A DNA stretch of 64,000 bases from a bacterium (lineage in GTDB: Bacteria; Zhuqueibacterota; Zhuqueibacteria; Oceanimicrobiales; Oceanimicrobiaceae), in the NCBI GenBank assembly GCA_037446635.1, contig JBBIIG010000004.1, forward strand, positions 44,186 to 108,185, read 5' to 3'. Positions 50,637 to 59,665 of the stretch are shown here, piece after piece (within the stretch, counting starts at the first letter, position 1; each line of letters starts with the position of its first letter). The notes under the pieces were generated by a model. The model was not told the origin of the DNA. It did no database searches and worked only from the letters and a program-made list of their open reading frames with translations. Made by a program: the position numbers and the translations under genes.

Positions 50637-51257
50637 TTATTCCTTCGCTTTGTGATCTCCGTTCTTTTTGCCGTCGCCGCCGGGTTCTACTAAGTGTGGA
50701 ACTTTGCTTTCGAATTGAAAGACGAAGTGGCCGCGCTCGGGATTGCGAGCAAACGTCTCGTATTTCGCCCAGTCCTCTTGATACGGCACGCGGATGCCGT
50801 GATAATATTCCTGCACGACATAATCTTTGCGCAGCGGATATCCCTCCCAATCATCCGGACAAAGAATGCGCCGCAAATCACGATGGCCTTCGAAGACGAT
50901 ACCGAACAGATCATACGCCTCGCGCTCGTGCCAATCCGCGGTGCGCCAGATCTGCTCCACCGACGGCACTTTCGGGTTTTCCCGCGGTACGTTCACGCGA
51001 ATCGTGATTTTGTGGCGATGGGTCATCGAATGCAGATTATACACCACGCCCAACTCCGAATCCGCGCCGTAGTCCATGCCGCTGAGGCACATGAGAGAAT
51101 CGAATTTGAGATCGGGATCGTCTTTCAAAAATTTCGAGACCTCGGCTGTGGCTTCCGGCTTGATGCGAATCCACGGATCGAGCGCCTCGAAATTGGATTC
51201 GAGGATGGCGTCGCCAAATTTGCTTTGCAGCTTCTGATGGATTTCCTGCGGGGTCAT
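50637..51257 (-). CDS. nuoC: NADH-quinone oxidoreductase subunit C (second copy)
   Basis: [25 protein letters not shown]...GYPLRKDY. Confidence 0.92.
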   Translation of the reverse strand: MTPQEIHQKLQSKFGDAILESNFEALDPWIRIKPEATAEVSKFLKDDPDLKFDSLMCLSGMDYGADSELGVVYNLHSMTHRHKITIRVNVPRENPKVPSVEQIWRTADWHEREAYDLFGIVFEGHRDLRRILCPDDWEGYPLRKDYVVQEYYHGIRVPYQEDWAKYETFARNPERGHFVFQFESKVPHLVEPGGDGKKNGDHKAKE

Positions 51258-51802
51258 ACGTTCGCCCTCTCCTGAAATTTCCGCTTAATCATACTCTCTT
51301 TGCGAATCTTTTCCTGAATTTTCAAAACGCCGTCGATGAGTGCTTCCGGACGCGGCGGGCAGCCGGTCACGTAAACATCGACCGGGACAATCAAATCGAC
51401 GCCTTTCAAAACGTGATAGCCGTGCTGCCAGTACGGTCCGCCGCAGGTGGCGCAGCTACCCATCGAGAGGACGTATTTCGGCTCCGGCATTTGATCGTAC
51501 AGCCGCTTGATGCGCTCCGCCATTTTGATGGTGACGGTACCGGCGACGATCATCAAATCTGTTTGCCGCGGACTCGGCCGCATCACGCCGGCGCCGAAGC
51601 GATCGAGATCATAGCGCGAGGCGGCGGTGGCCATCATCTCGATGGCGCAGCACGCGAGTCCGAAGGTCATCGGCCACAGCGATGACAGCCGCGCCCAGCT
51701 CAGCACGCGATCAACGGAGGTGATGAGCACGTTGTCGCCGTACTGGCCTTCTTCGAGAAAGCGCTTTTCTTTTGAAATGAGTGGCGGGTTGAATTTTGAC
51801 AT
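51254..51802 (-). CDS. nuoB: NADH-quinone oxidoreductase subunit B (second copy)
   Basis: [30 protein letters not shown]. Confidence 0.94.
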   Translation of the reverse strand: MSKFNPPLISKEKRFLEEGQYGDNVLITSVDRVLSWARLSSLWPMTFGLACCAIEMMATAASRYDLDRFGAGVMRPSPRQTDLMIVAGTVTIKMAERIKRLYDQMPEPKYVLSMGSCATCGGPYWQHGYHVLKGVDLIVPVDVYVTGCPPRPEALIDGVLKIQEKIRKESMIKRKFQERANV

Positions 51803-51838
51803 GAGCAGCTCCTCATCGGTCTATTGTAAGTTGCTACC

Positions 51839-51866
51839 AATATAAACAAAAATGCTGTAAAATCAA
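51839..51866 (-). promoter_or_regulatory. Possible promoter for the second nuoBCID module
   Basis: TTGATT-16bp-TATATT; same -10 as the other promoters in this window. Confidence 0.45.
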
Positions 51867-51882
51867 GGTAGGTCTTAGCCTT

Positions 51883-52263
51883 TCAATTCCAAATCACGGA
51901 AATCCCTTTAACTTTTTTGAATTCGGTTTCACTTGAAATTATGGGAACTTCCAACCACTTCGCTGTCGAAATAATTAACCGATCATGCAACTCTCTGAAT
52001 GGGGTTTTCTCGGCCACTTTCAAAATATCGGATGTCAAGTCAACGACCGAATACAGCGACGAAGCTCTAATTCTCTCTAACGTGCCACCCAAATCGATTT
52101 GGATTCGATGCTTTTCTGAAAGATACAGGATCTCCATTAGGCTGACCACAGAGATGAAGAAGTGATTGTCTAATCCTCGCAGTAACTTGCCAGCGGTTTT
52201 TCCAATGCGGCCAACTTTGGTAAAATAACGAACGAGTGTTACTGTGTCCAGTAAATAGCTCAC
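51883..52263 (-). CDS. PIN-domain (VapC-like) toxin
   Basis: YLLDT, SVVSLMEI, HDRLIISTA acidic PIN motifs. Confidence 0.85.
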   Translation of the reverse strand: MSYLLDTVTLVRYFTKVGRIGKTAGKLLRGLDNHFFISVVSLMEILYLSEKHRIQIDLGGTLERIRASSLYSVVDLTSDILKVAEKTPFRELHDRLIISTAKWLEVPIISSETEFKKVKGISVIWN

Positions 52264-52514
52264 TTTGAAAATTTCCTTTTCAAAATGGCATCTGTGAGTT
52301 CCTTCCGAATTGATTTGATTTCTGATTCGAGATCTACAATTTTTTCAAAACCTTTGTTTTTCCAAATTCCTTCTAAACGAATTGGACTGGGGGGAACAAT
52401 TTTTGACTGCGATAGCAGCCTCTGTAAGAAAGCATCTACTTCTGCAAGTTTTTTTTCGGGAAGTTGAGCAATCTTTTCTATGAGTTCAACCTTTTTCATC
52501 GTTACTGATTCCAT
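52260..52514 (-). CDS. Putative antitoxin (DUF2281-like)
   Basis: LIEKIAQLPEKKLAEVDAFL...LEGIW; overlaps the PIN gene. Confidence 0.7.
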   Translation of the reverse strand: MESVTMKKVELIEKIAQLPEKKLAEVDAFLQRLLSQSKIVPPSPIRLEGIWKNKGFEKIVDLESEIKSIRKELTDAILKRKFSK

Positions 52515-52539
52515 AAGGCTCCCTTTTCTGGTTAAGAAA

Positions 52540-53139
52540 TCAAGATTCCGCCGCCTCAATATACTCCGCTGACACAATCTCTCCCTTCTCGTCGTACTTG
52601 ACGTAGCGCTTGGGATCCGGCTCTAGTTTCAGCATCGTCTGCATATCCAGCATCATGCCGTTGCGGGTGTAATTGGAGATTTCGAGAATGCCGGTGTCCA
52701 TGCGAATGGCGTCTTCGGGACAGGCTTCCACACAGTAACCGCAGAAAATGCACAGCCCGAGATCGATGTCAAAACTCTTCGGCACTTTCTCGATTTGCGG
52801 CTGGTCGGGCTTTTCATCCGCGATGATGTAAATGCAGCGCGCGGGACAGACGGTCTCGCACATCATGCAGGCCACACAGCGCGGCGAGCCGTCTTCGCGG
52901 CGGGTGAGCCGGTGCATGGTGCGCAGCCGAGGAAAAATCGGGCGCAACACTTCGGGATACTGAAATGTCACCGCCCCGAGCCGCTTGGTTTTGATGCCAA
53001 TGGCGCGCAAAGTGTGCGCAACCATATTGCGGAAGAAACGCATCGAAGTGAGCCACAAGCCGGCGATGATGCCCGGCAGATAAGTGCGTTCCCAAAAGGT
53101 CAGCGGTTTGTATTTGTCGTGTACGTTCATAGTTTGCAT
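52540..53139 (-). CDS. nuoI: NADH-quinone oxidoreductase subunit I
   Basis: TFQYPE, CVACMMCETVCP, CIFCGYCVEACP. Confidence 0.92.
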   Translation of the reverse strand: MQTMNVHDKYKPLTFWERTYLPGIIAGLWLTSMRFFRNMVAHTLRAIGIKTKRLGAVTFQYPEVLRPIFPRLRTMHRLTRREDGSPRCVACMMCETVCPARCIYIIADEKPDQPQIEKVPKSFDIDLGLCIFCGYCVEACPEDAIRMDTGILEISNYTRNGMMLDMQTMLKLEPDPKRYVKYDEKGEIVSAEYIEAAES

Positions 53140-53141
53140 CC

Positions 53142-53174
53142 AACCCTGACAGGGTTTAAAACCCTGTTAGGGTT
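53142..53174. repeat. Palindrome between nuoH and nuoI
   Basis: AACCCTGACAGGGTTT-A-AAACCCTGTTAGGGTT, one mismatch. Confidence 0.8.
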
Positions 53175-53180
53175 ACGTAG

Positions 53181-54239
53181 TTACTGAATCAACAGAATCA
53201 CCAATCCTGTGATCAAAATATTCGCCAGCGAAATCGGCAGCAAGAATTTCCAGCCGAGGCGCAGAACTTGATCATAGCGAAAGCGCGGCAGCGTCCAGCG
53301 GATGGTCATTTGCAGCCACAAAAAGAACATCACTTTTAGAGTGAAAGTCGTGACTTGCAGCAGCGCCACCGCCCAATTGGGCAGTGCCCATTCCCCCCAC
53401 GGAAAAACGAACCCCGCGGAGGTCAGCCACGGCACTTGCCAGCCGCCAAAAAACAGCGTCACCGTGATGGCGGAGATCATCACAGTCTCGATGAAGTCGG
53501 TGAGAAAATACATGCCGAAGCCCATGCCGCTGTATTCGAGAAAATAACCGATGATCTCGGACTCCCCCTCCGGCGGGTCGAACGGCACGCGCTTGGTTTC
53601 CGCAATGCCAACGGTGAGAAATAGCAGGAATCCCACCGGCTGCAAAATGAATCCCCAATAATGCGCGCCCTGCCAGCGCACGATTTCCTGCAAATCCAAG
53701 GTTTGATAAATCATCAAGCAGCCCATGATGCTGACACCGAGCGCGACTTCATAGGATATCATTTGCGCCGACGCCCGCAGACCGCCCAGCAGCGCATAAT
53801 TGTTGCGCGAAGCCCACGCGCCCAAAACCACGCCGTACACCGCCATGCCCGCAACGGCAAATAGATAAAGAATGCCAACGTTCAGCGGCGCGAGTTGCAG
53901 GTTGACCGCTTTGCCGCCAACGATCAGAACATCGCCAAAAGGAATGACCGCAAATCCCACCAGCGCAAAAAACACCGAAATCGTGGGCGCAAGTGTAAAG
54001 ATGATTTTGTCGGCATTGGCGGGACGGAAGCTCTCTTTGGTGAACATCTTGATGGCATCAGCCAGTGGCTGAAACAGGCCGATGATGCGCAAACCCAAAA
54101 TCGACGCGCGGTTGGCGCCAATGCGATCCTGCATCACCGCGCTTTGTTTGCGTTCCACCCAGGTGAGGATGCCGCCGAAGCTGAGGGCGAAGATCAGGAG
54201 AAATGCCAGTTTGCCAAGAGTGAATCCGATGTCTTCCAT
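53181..54239 (-). CDS. nuoH: NADH-quinone oxidoreductase subunit H
   Basis: WVERK...QDRIG, GGLRASAQMISYE, AETKRVPFD, LPRFRYDQ. Confidence 0.96.
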   Translation of the reverse strand: MEDIGFTLGKLAFLLIFALSFGGILTWVERKQSAVMQDRIGANRASILGLRIIGLFQPLADAIKMFTKESFRPANADKIIFTLAPTISVFFALVGFAVIPFGDVLIVGGKAVNLQLAPLNVGILYLFAVAGMAVYGVVLGAWASRNNYALLGGLRASAQMISYEVALGVSIMGCLMIYQTLDLQEIVRWQGAHYWGFILQPVGFLLFLTVGIAETKRVPFDPPEGESEIIGYFLEYSGMGFGMYFLTDFIETVMISAITVTLFFGGWQVPWLTSAGFVFPWGEWALPNWAVALLQVTTFTLKVMFFLWLQMTIRWTLPRFRYDQVLRLGWKFLLPISLANILITGLVILLIQ

Positions 54240-54306
54240 TTTTTTGTATTTATTAATTTGTAAGATTTTCCTTTTTACGAGGCAGAGCAAGAACAGAAGT
54301 TTCAGT

Positions 54307-54654
54307 TTACAATGGCAGGAATTCGATTCTATTCTCGATATCCTCTGGCTCTCCTGCTTTTGCGATGATTTCTAAATCACGAATACAACTTCCAACAGGA
54401 ACTCGTAATTGATGTCCATAAATAACCCCGCTGAAGCGAATCCCATTTCTTTGCCGCCGTGTTGCCTCTTGAAGCAGGTTGTAATCTCTGGTGAATAATG
54501 CACGTCGTAATTCTGTCGCTCGATCCAACAGTTCTGAGTCGTCGAATTCACTTGTGCCATCTTGAAAAGATGTTATGATATCGACGCCCCGGCCTCTGAG
54601 TCCGTCTGTGATTGACCGCGGCACGTTATGATCCATGTATAGCTTGATTGCCAT
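54307..54654 (-). CDS. DUF5615-like PIN toxin
   Basis: LYMDHNVP, D.ELL.RA....RALFTRD; paired with DUF433. Confidence 0.8.
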   Translation of the reverse strand: MAIKLYMDHNVPRSITDGLRGRGVDIITSFQDGTSEFDDSELLDRATELRRALFTRDYNLLQEATRRQRNGIRFSGVIYGHQLRVPVGSCIRDLEIIAKAGEPEDIENRIEFLPL

Positions 54655-54968
54655 TAAATCAATTTTTTAACCTTCAGACGCGTGATAAGTGGTGAAGGTC
54701 TTGCCGATTCTTTCAATTGGTCTATTTGCACCAATTGACTTTCTATTTCTTGATCGATCTCTTCTTGGTGGTCAGCGTAATATGCCAGCGCAGAATATAT
54801 TTGACCCAGCGTAAGTTGGGGATGTTGATATTGGAGTTCTTCAGGACTCCAACCGTAAGCTATTTTATCAAGCACGAGTTCTACTACTTTGATTTTCGTG
54901 CCCTCGATGGTTGCTTGATTTTTTTCGTTCAGGATGATATGCTCGTAACTTGTTTCGGCAATTGACAT
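54654..54968 (-). CDS. DUF433-like antitoxin
   Basis: IEGTKIKV, GWSPEEL...HPQLTLGQIYSALAYY. Confidence 0.88.
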   Translation of the reverse strand: MSIAETSYEHIILNEKNQATIEGTKIKVVELVLDKIAYGWSPEELQYQHPQLTLGQIYSALAYYADHQEEIDQEIESQLVQIDQLKESARPSPLITRLKVKKLI

Positions 54969-55064
54969 CTGACTACTCCTATTTGTATAAATAGATTTCT
55001 AAATTTTATCGGTTACAGCGAACGCCATCGGCAGGCCTGGTAACGGATCGTCCACTCCAGCCGG

Positions 55065-55610
55065 TTATGAGGCAACATTCTGCCTCCGCACCGCTGGAAA
55101 CGGAACGCTCATTGCCCAGACACAGAGAACGAAGGCCAATGTCCCCGCGGCGATTCGAATCCAGTCAAAGATCACCCACTGGTTTACCAGCTTGATGATT
55201 GCGGCTCTGTCCTGTATCGCGTCCGGAGAATCCTGGGCGACATGCCACAAAGCGAAATTGGCCGGCCAAAACCAGAGAACGGTGAAGATGAGGATCACCA
55301 TAAGCATCAGCGGCGGGAGGAACAAACAAACCCGGTAGCTTGAGGGGGTTCGCCATCCGCTGACGAAAACTCCAAAAGAGCAAATCAGCAAGGCAACTGA
55401 ACTGGGGAAGAAATAGTCGCCCGTGTCGACCGGGAAGCGAGGACCGTATGGTAAAAGTTCCAGCGATTCCGGAGGGGAGGCGCTCCATGCGCCTACCAGG
55501 ACGACATGATCGAACAGCTTCCCGCCTAAGAGGATTCCCCAGGCGAGCACCGAAATCCAGAGCAATGTGCGGGTCATTTGTGCTCGCCATGACATCGCAT
55601 TCGTCTTCAT
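55065..55610 (-). CDS. DUF1772/anthrone-oxygenase-like membrane protein
   Basis: Four TM segments, WSASPPES, FWPAN, W...DWIR; start uncertain. Confidence 0.65.
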   Translation of the reverse strand: MKTNAMSWRAQMTRTLLWISVLAWGILLGGKLFDHVVLVGAWSASPPESLELLPYGPRFPVDTGDYFFPSSVALLICSFGVFVSGWRTPSSYRVCLFLPPLMLMVILIFTVLWFWPANFALWHVAQDSPDAIQDRAAIIKLVNQWVIFDWIRIAAGTLAFVLCVWAMSVPFPAVRRQNVAS

Positions 55611-55644
55611 CGAGTGTCCTTCGGATCCAGTTGCCTAACTTCCA

Positions 55645-57303
55645 TCACGTTACTCTTGCCTCCGCCGCTTTTTCTGATTCGACTTTATAACCATTGAGAA
55701 CGACCCCCTGATCGCCAATCGCTTGATAAGTCAATCCGCTGAAAGATGAAAGCTGACTGCTGAGCGCGGCAAACACATCCTCCGCTTCAAAGTAGGGCAT
55801 CGACTTGCCTAACTTTTTCGCGAGGTTGCGAAAAATCATCCAGTCGGGTTTGGACTCACCCAGCGGCGGCACCGCGCGATTGATTTTCTGCACTCGCCGC
55901 GCAAAATTAGTGAACGTGCCATCCATCTCAACAAACGTTGCTGATGGCAGAACATAATGAGCCAGCGCGGAGGTTGAATTGCTGTTTGTGCCCTGAAAAA
56001 CAATCAGCTCCAAATGCGCGAACGCCGATTCGATCTTGCTGAGCGCGATCCCCTTTTCGAGATCGTGATGGCAAATATAAAGCGCGCGCAGATTTTTGGC
56101 CGCGGCGGCGTCGATCATTTGCTCGATGGTCATCGTTTTCTTTCGCATCATCGTGGGCACAATTTCTTTAGCGCCCGTGGTGTTGGGATTTTTATCGGCT
56201 TTGATCAGAAAATCGTCTTCGTAGCCTTTTTCCAGCGGTGGCAATTCAAAGTTGATGTTTTCGAGATTGAGCATCTCGTGGAAAAATCGCATGGCCGCAT
56301 ACAAACCTTCGTTCGTCATCTGCGGTGACAGCATCACCCCGACGGCTTTTGTGCCGTGCGTTTCTATGATCTCTTTAATTCTTTTCGCGATGCTTGTCGC
56401 GGCGTCTTCCCACGACAGCTCCGAAAACCAACCGGTCTCTTTTTTCAGCGGCGTCACAATGCGGTTTCCCGCATCGACATAATCGAAGCCATAGCGCCCT
56501 TCATCGCACATCCACCATTGGTTGACCTCGGCATTGTAGCGCGGCTTGAGTCGCGAGATGCGGATGCCGCCGGCTTTGTACGGGCGCTTGTCGTTGTGAT
56601 GGACGTAAATATTGCAACCGTTGCTGCAACCGGGACAGATGGATTTGGTTTCGCTCAAATACCACACGCGGGTGCGGAAGCGGAAGTCGCGATCGGTGAG
56701 CGCGCCCACGGGACAGATATCTACTGTGTTGCCGGAATATTTGTTATCCAATTCCCGGCCGGGATACGGCAGCAGCTCGGCGTGATCGCCGCGATTGAAA
56801 ATTCCCAACTCGTGAGTTTTAGAAATTTCATCACAAAAGCGCACGCAGCGCGAGCACAAAATACAGCGCTCGGAATCGAGAATCACATTCGGGCCGATGG
56901 GCATGGCCTTGTGCTTCTTGACTTTGTCCTCGTACATTTTGCTGTCATAGAGTCCGTGCTGCATGTAAAAATTTTGCAGCCAGCACTCGCCAGCCTGATC
57001 GCAAACGGGACAATCCAGCGGGTGATTGATGAGCAGAAATTCCAACACCGCGCGCCGGGCTTCGAGGACTTTGGCGTTATTGGTGTGCACCACCATACCA
57101 TCGGTGACCGGCGTATAGCACGCCACCTGCAGCTTGGGCATACGCTCGATTTCAACGAGACAAATCCGGCACACCCCAACGATGCTGAGACCGGGGTGAT
57201 AGCAGTAACGCGGGATTTCAATCCCTAATTTCTCCGCGGCTTGAATGACGGTGGTGCCTTTTTCAACTTCGATGGTGGCGCCGTCTATGGTGATTTTGGG
57301 CAT
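55645..57303 (-). CDS. nuoG: NADH-quinone oxidoreductase subunit G (short form)
   Basis: CYHPGL...CRICLVE, HPLDCPVCDQAGEC, CILCSRCVRFC, CPGCSNGC. Confidence 0.93.
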   Translation of the reverse strand: MPKITIDGATIEVEKGTTVIQAAEKLGIEIPRYCYHPGLSIVGVCRICLVEIERMPKLQVACYTPVTDGMVVHTNNAKVLEARRAVLEFLLINHPLDCPVCDQAGECWLQNFYMQHGLYDSKMYEDKVKKHKAMPIGPNVILDSERCILCSRCVRFCDEISKTHELGIFNRGDHAELLPYPGRELDNKYSGNTVDICPVGALTDRDFRFRTRVWYLSETKSICPGCSNGCNIYVHHNDKRPYKAGGIRISRLKPRYNAEVNQWWMCDEGRYGFDYVDAGNRIVTPLKKETGWFSELSWEDAATSIAKRIKEIIETHGTKAVGVMLSPQMTNEGLYAAMRFFHEMLNLENINFELPPLEKGYEDDFLIKADKNPNTTGAKEIVPTMMRKKTMTIEQMIDAAAAKNLRALYICHHDLEKGIALSKIESAFAHLELIVFQGTNSNSTSALAHYVLPSATFVEMDGTFTNFARRVQKINRAVPPLGESKPDWMIFRNLAKKLGKSMPYFEAEDVFAALSSQLSSFSGLTYQAIGDQGVVLNGYKVESEKAAEARVT

Positions 57304-57401
57304 TTATTTTCCCTTTTTCCTTTCTTTCAACAATAGTCGCGATAGATGTTTTTGATCGCGAAAATAGCCGCACATCTTCTCTACAAATTCGTGCTTGTCA
57401 G

Positions 57402-58667
57402 CTAATGAATATTGCACTTCCGCTCCCGACAATGATACTCAAACTCATCGCGGAATTTTTTGACGTAGCTTTGAATCGGCCACGCAGCCGCGTCTCCCAA
57501 AGGACAAATGGTGTTGCCGAATATGTTGTTAGCGATGGTTACGAGATTGTCCACGTCTTCGGGGCGGCCGCGGCCCTCCAAAATTCGATGCAGAATTTTA
57601 TCCGCCCAGCCGGTGCCCTCGCGGCACGGGGTGCACTGCCCACACGATTCGTGGTGATAAAAACGAGTAACAACGTACAACGCGCGCACGATGCAGGTAG
57701 TTTCATCCATCACGATCACCCCGGCCGAGCCCAGCATCGAGCCGATGGCAGCGAGGGAGTCGAAGTCCATTTTCACATCGATTTCGTCGGCAGTTAATAT
57801 TGGCGCCGATGATCCGCCCGGCACCACGGCTTTTAATTTCGCGCCATTTTTCATTCCGCCGGCGTGCTCGAAAATGATCTCCCGCAGCGGCGTGCCCATC
57901 GGCAATTCATACACGCCGGGCTTTTTCACGTGGCCGCTGACGCTGAAAAATCGGACACCGCCGTTGCGCTCGGTTCCCAATTTCGCAAACCACTCGCCGC
58001 CCCTTTCGATAATGGTCGGAACGTATGCAATAGTCTCGACGTTGTTCACAATCGTTGGACAGCGGAACGCACCTTCGATGGCCGGGAATGGTGGCTTCAT
58101 ACGCGGCCAGCCCTTTTTGCCTTCGAGCGATTCCAAAAGCGCGGTTTCTTCGCCGCAAATGTAAGCGCCGGCACCGCGATGCACCACGACCTCAAGCTCG
58201 TAATCGCTGCCAAAAATCTTCTTCCCCAAATAGCCTTTTTTGCGGGCGGCTTTGATTTGCTCCACCAATCGCTCCGCCTGCCGCACATACTCGCCGCGAA
58301 TGTAGATGAACGCCTTGTGCGCGCCAATGGCATACGCGGCGATCATGATTCCTTCCAACAAGCCGTGGGTGTAGTGATCGATGACATAGCGATCTTTGAA
58401 CGTGCCCGGCTCGCTTTCATCGGCATTGACGACGAGATACTTGGGTTTCGGATTGTCTTTCGGGATGAAAGACCACTTGCGCCCGGTCGGAAATCCCGCG
58501 CCGCCGAGTCCCCGCAAATTGGATTTGATGACTTCCTGCGTCACCTGATCCGGCGTCATCTCTTTCAACACCCGGCGAATGGTTTGATAGCCGCCGTGCT
58601 GCTCATACACTTCGACGGTGTGCGAGTTGGGGATATCAAAAAATTTTGAGATGATTTTTTCTGGCAT
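57402..58667 (-). CDS. nuoF: NADH-quinone oxidoreductase subunit F
   Basis: GLGGAGFPTG, NADESEPGTFKDR, GAGAYICGEETAL, SCGQCTPCREG. Confidence 0.97.
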   Translation of the reverse strand: MPEKIISKFFDIPNSHTVEVYEQHGGYQTIRRVLKEMTPDQVTQEVIKSNLRGLGGAGFPTGRKWSFIPKDNPKPKYLVVNADESEPGTFKDRYVIDHYTHGLLEGIMIAAYAIGAHKAFIYIRGEYVRQAERLVEQIKAARKKGYLGKKIFGSDYELEVVVHRGAGAYICGEETALLESLEGKKGWPRMKPPFPAIEGAFRCPTIVNNVETIAYVPTIIERGGEWFAKLGTERNGGVRFFSVSGHVKKPGVYELPMGTPLREIIFEHAGGMKNGAKLKAVVPGGSSAPILTADEIDVKMDFDSLAAIGSMLGSAGVIVMDETTCIVRALYVVTRFYHHESCGQCTPCREGTGWADKILHRILEGRGRPEDVDNLVTIANNIFGNTICPLGDAAAWPIQSYVKKFRDEFEYHCRERKCNIH

Positions 58668-58675
58668 ATTGTTTA

Positions 58676-58945
58676 TTAAGCCTTCTCAAGTTTTGGCCTT
58701 CGTGCTGGCACACCGTAAAGCATACCCTCGACGCTAATATCCTCGTCAATGTCCGGCCAATGCACACCATGGCCATCTCCAATTAGCTCATAATTTTGTC
58801 GCTGAGCCGGCGTCGCGTCCGACAATCGCCAAGACCAGCACAGTGGCACACTAATCGTTCGCCCATCGGTTAATTCCGCGGTGATGGTGTCGTCGGAAAC
58901 ATGAATGTGTTTTATCTTCGCGTCAATGTTAACCACAGTGTTCAT
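58676..58945 (-). CDS. DUF2442-like protein (TA-like partner)
   Basis: LTDGRTISVPL.W..RL..AT..QR..Y...G.GVHWPDIDEDIS. Confidence 0.85.
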   Translation of the reverse strand: MNTVVNIDAKIKHIHVSDDTITAELTDGRTISVPLCWSWRLSDATPAQRQNYELIGDGHGVHWPDIDEDISVEGMLYGVPARRPKLEKA

Positions 58946-59165
58946 CCCACGCCTCAGTGATTTGATCAATTTTCTCTACAATTATTTTTCGAATCCGGTT
59001 TAGCTCTTTAGCAGAAAACTTATAATTCTTACAGAGAACGACTGGCTCCAACCAAAATTTACACAGACTCTTTCCTCGTTGAACGTGAACATGTTTAGGT
59101 TCATTACAGTCAAAACTATAAAAGAAAAAACGATAAGGGCCAACAATGTTCTTGATAGTAGGCAT
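58929..59165 (-). CDS. DUF4160-like protein (TA-like partner)
   Basis: MPT...GPYRFFFYS...EPKHVHV...KFWLEP. Confidence 0.85.
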   Translation of the reverse strand: MPTIKNIVGPYRFFFYSFDCNEPKHVHVQRGKSLCKFWLEPVVLCKNYKFSAKELNRIRKIIVEKIDQITEAWDEHCG

Positions 59166-59173
59166 GAATGAAT

Positions 59174-59665
59174 TTACTTCATGACCTTTCCGTTTTTTAG
59201 CTTCTCCACAATCTCATCAATTTTTTTCTCGCTCAAATTGTCGATGTAATCCTCGTTCAACTGCATCATCGGCGCGGTTTCACAGGAAGCGAGGCATTCC
59301 ACTTCGGTGATGGTGAATTTCAAATCCGCACTGGTTTCGCCGGGTTTGATGCCCAGCCGCTCCGATAAATGTTTCAAAATATTTTCGCAGCCGCCCAAAT
59401 CGCACGACAAACCGCGGCACACTTGAAAATGATATTTGCCGCGCGGCTGGCGGGCGATGAGCGTGTAAAACGTCATCACCTCGTGCACTTTCACTGGCGG
59501 CACTTGCAGCAGCGATGCCACATAAACTTCCACTTCCGGCGAAACGTGGCCGAATTCTTTCTCCGCCAAATATAAAACCGGCAGCATCGCCGCCTGACGC
59601 TGCGGGTACTGATTGACGATTTCGTCAAACTTTTTTCGCGCCGCCGCCGAGAATTCTACGCTCAC
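59174..59665 (-). CDS. nuoE: NADH-quinone oxidoreductase subunit E
   Basis: VCRGLSC, VECLASC [2Fe-2S] motifs. Confidence 0.94.
   Translation of the reverse strand: MSVEFSAAARKKFDEIVNQYPQRQAAMLPVLYLAEKEFGHVSPEVEVYVASLLQVPPVKVHEVMTFYTLIARQPRGKYHFQVCRGLSCDLGGCENILKHLSERLGIKPGETSADLKFTITEVECLASCETAPMMQLNEDYIDNLSEKKIDEIVEKLKNGKVMK

Noticed and set aside
48151..51802. Second B/C/I/D set as a group 4 [NiFe]-hydrogenase
   Set aside because: The large subunit lacks both Ni-binding CxxC motifs and keeps the NuoD GPQHPSTHG motif
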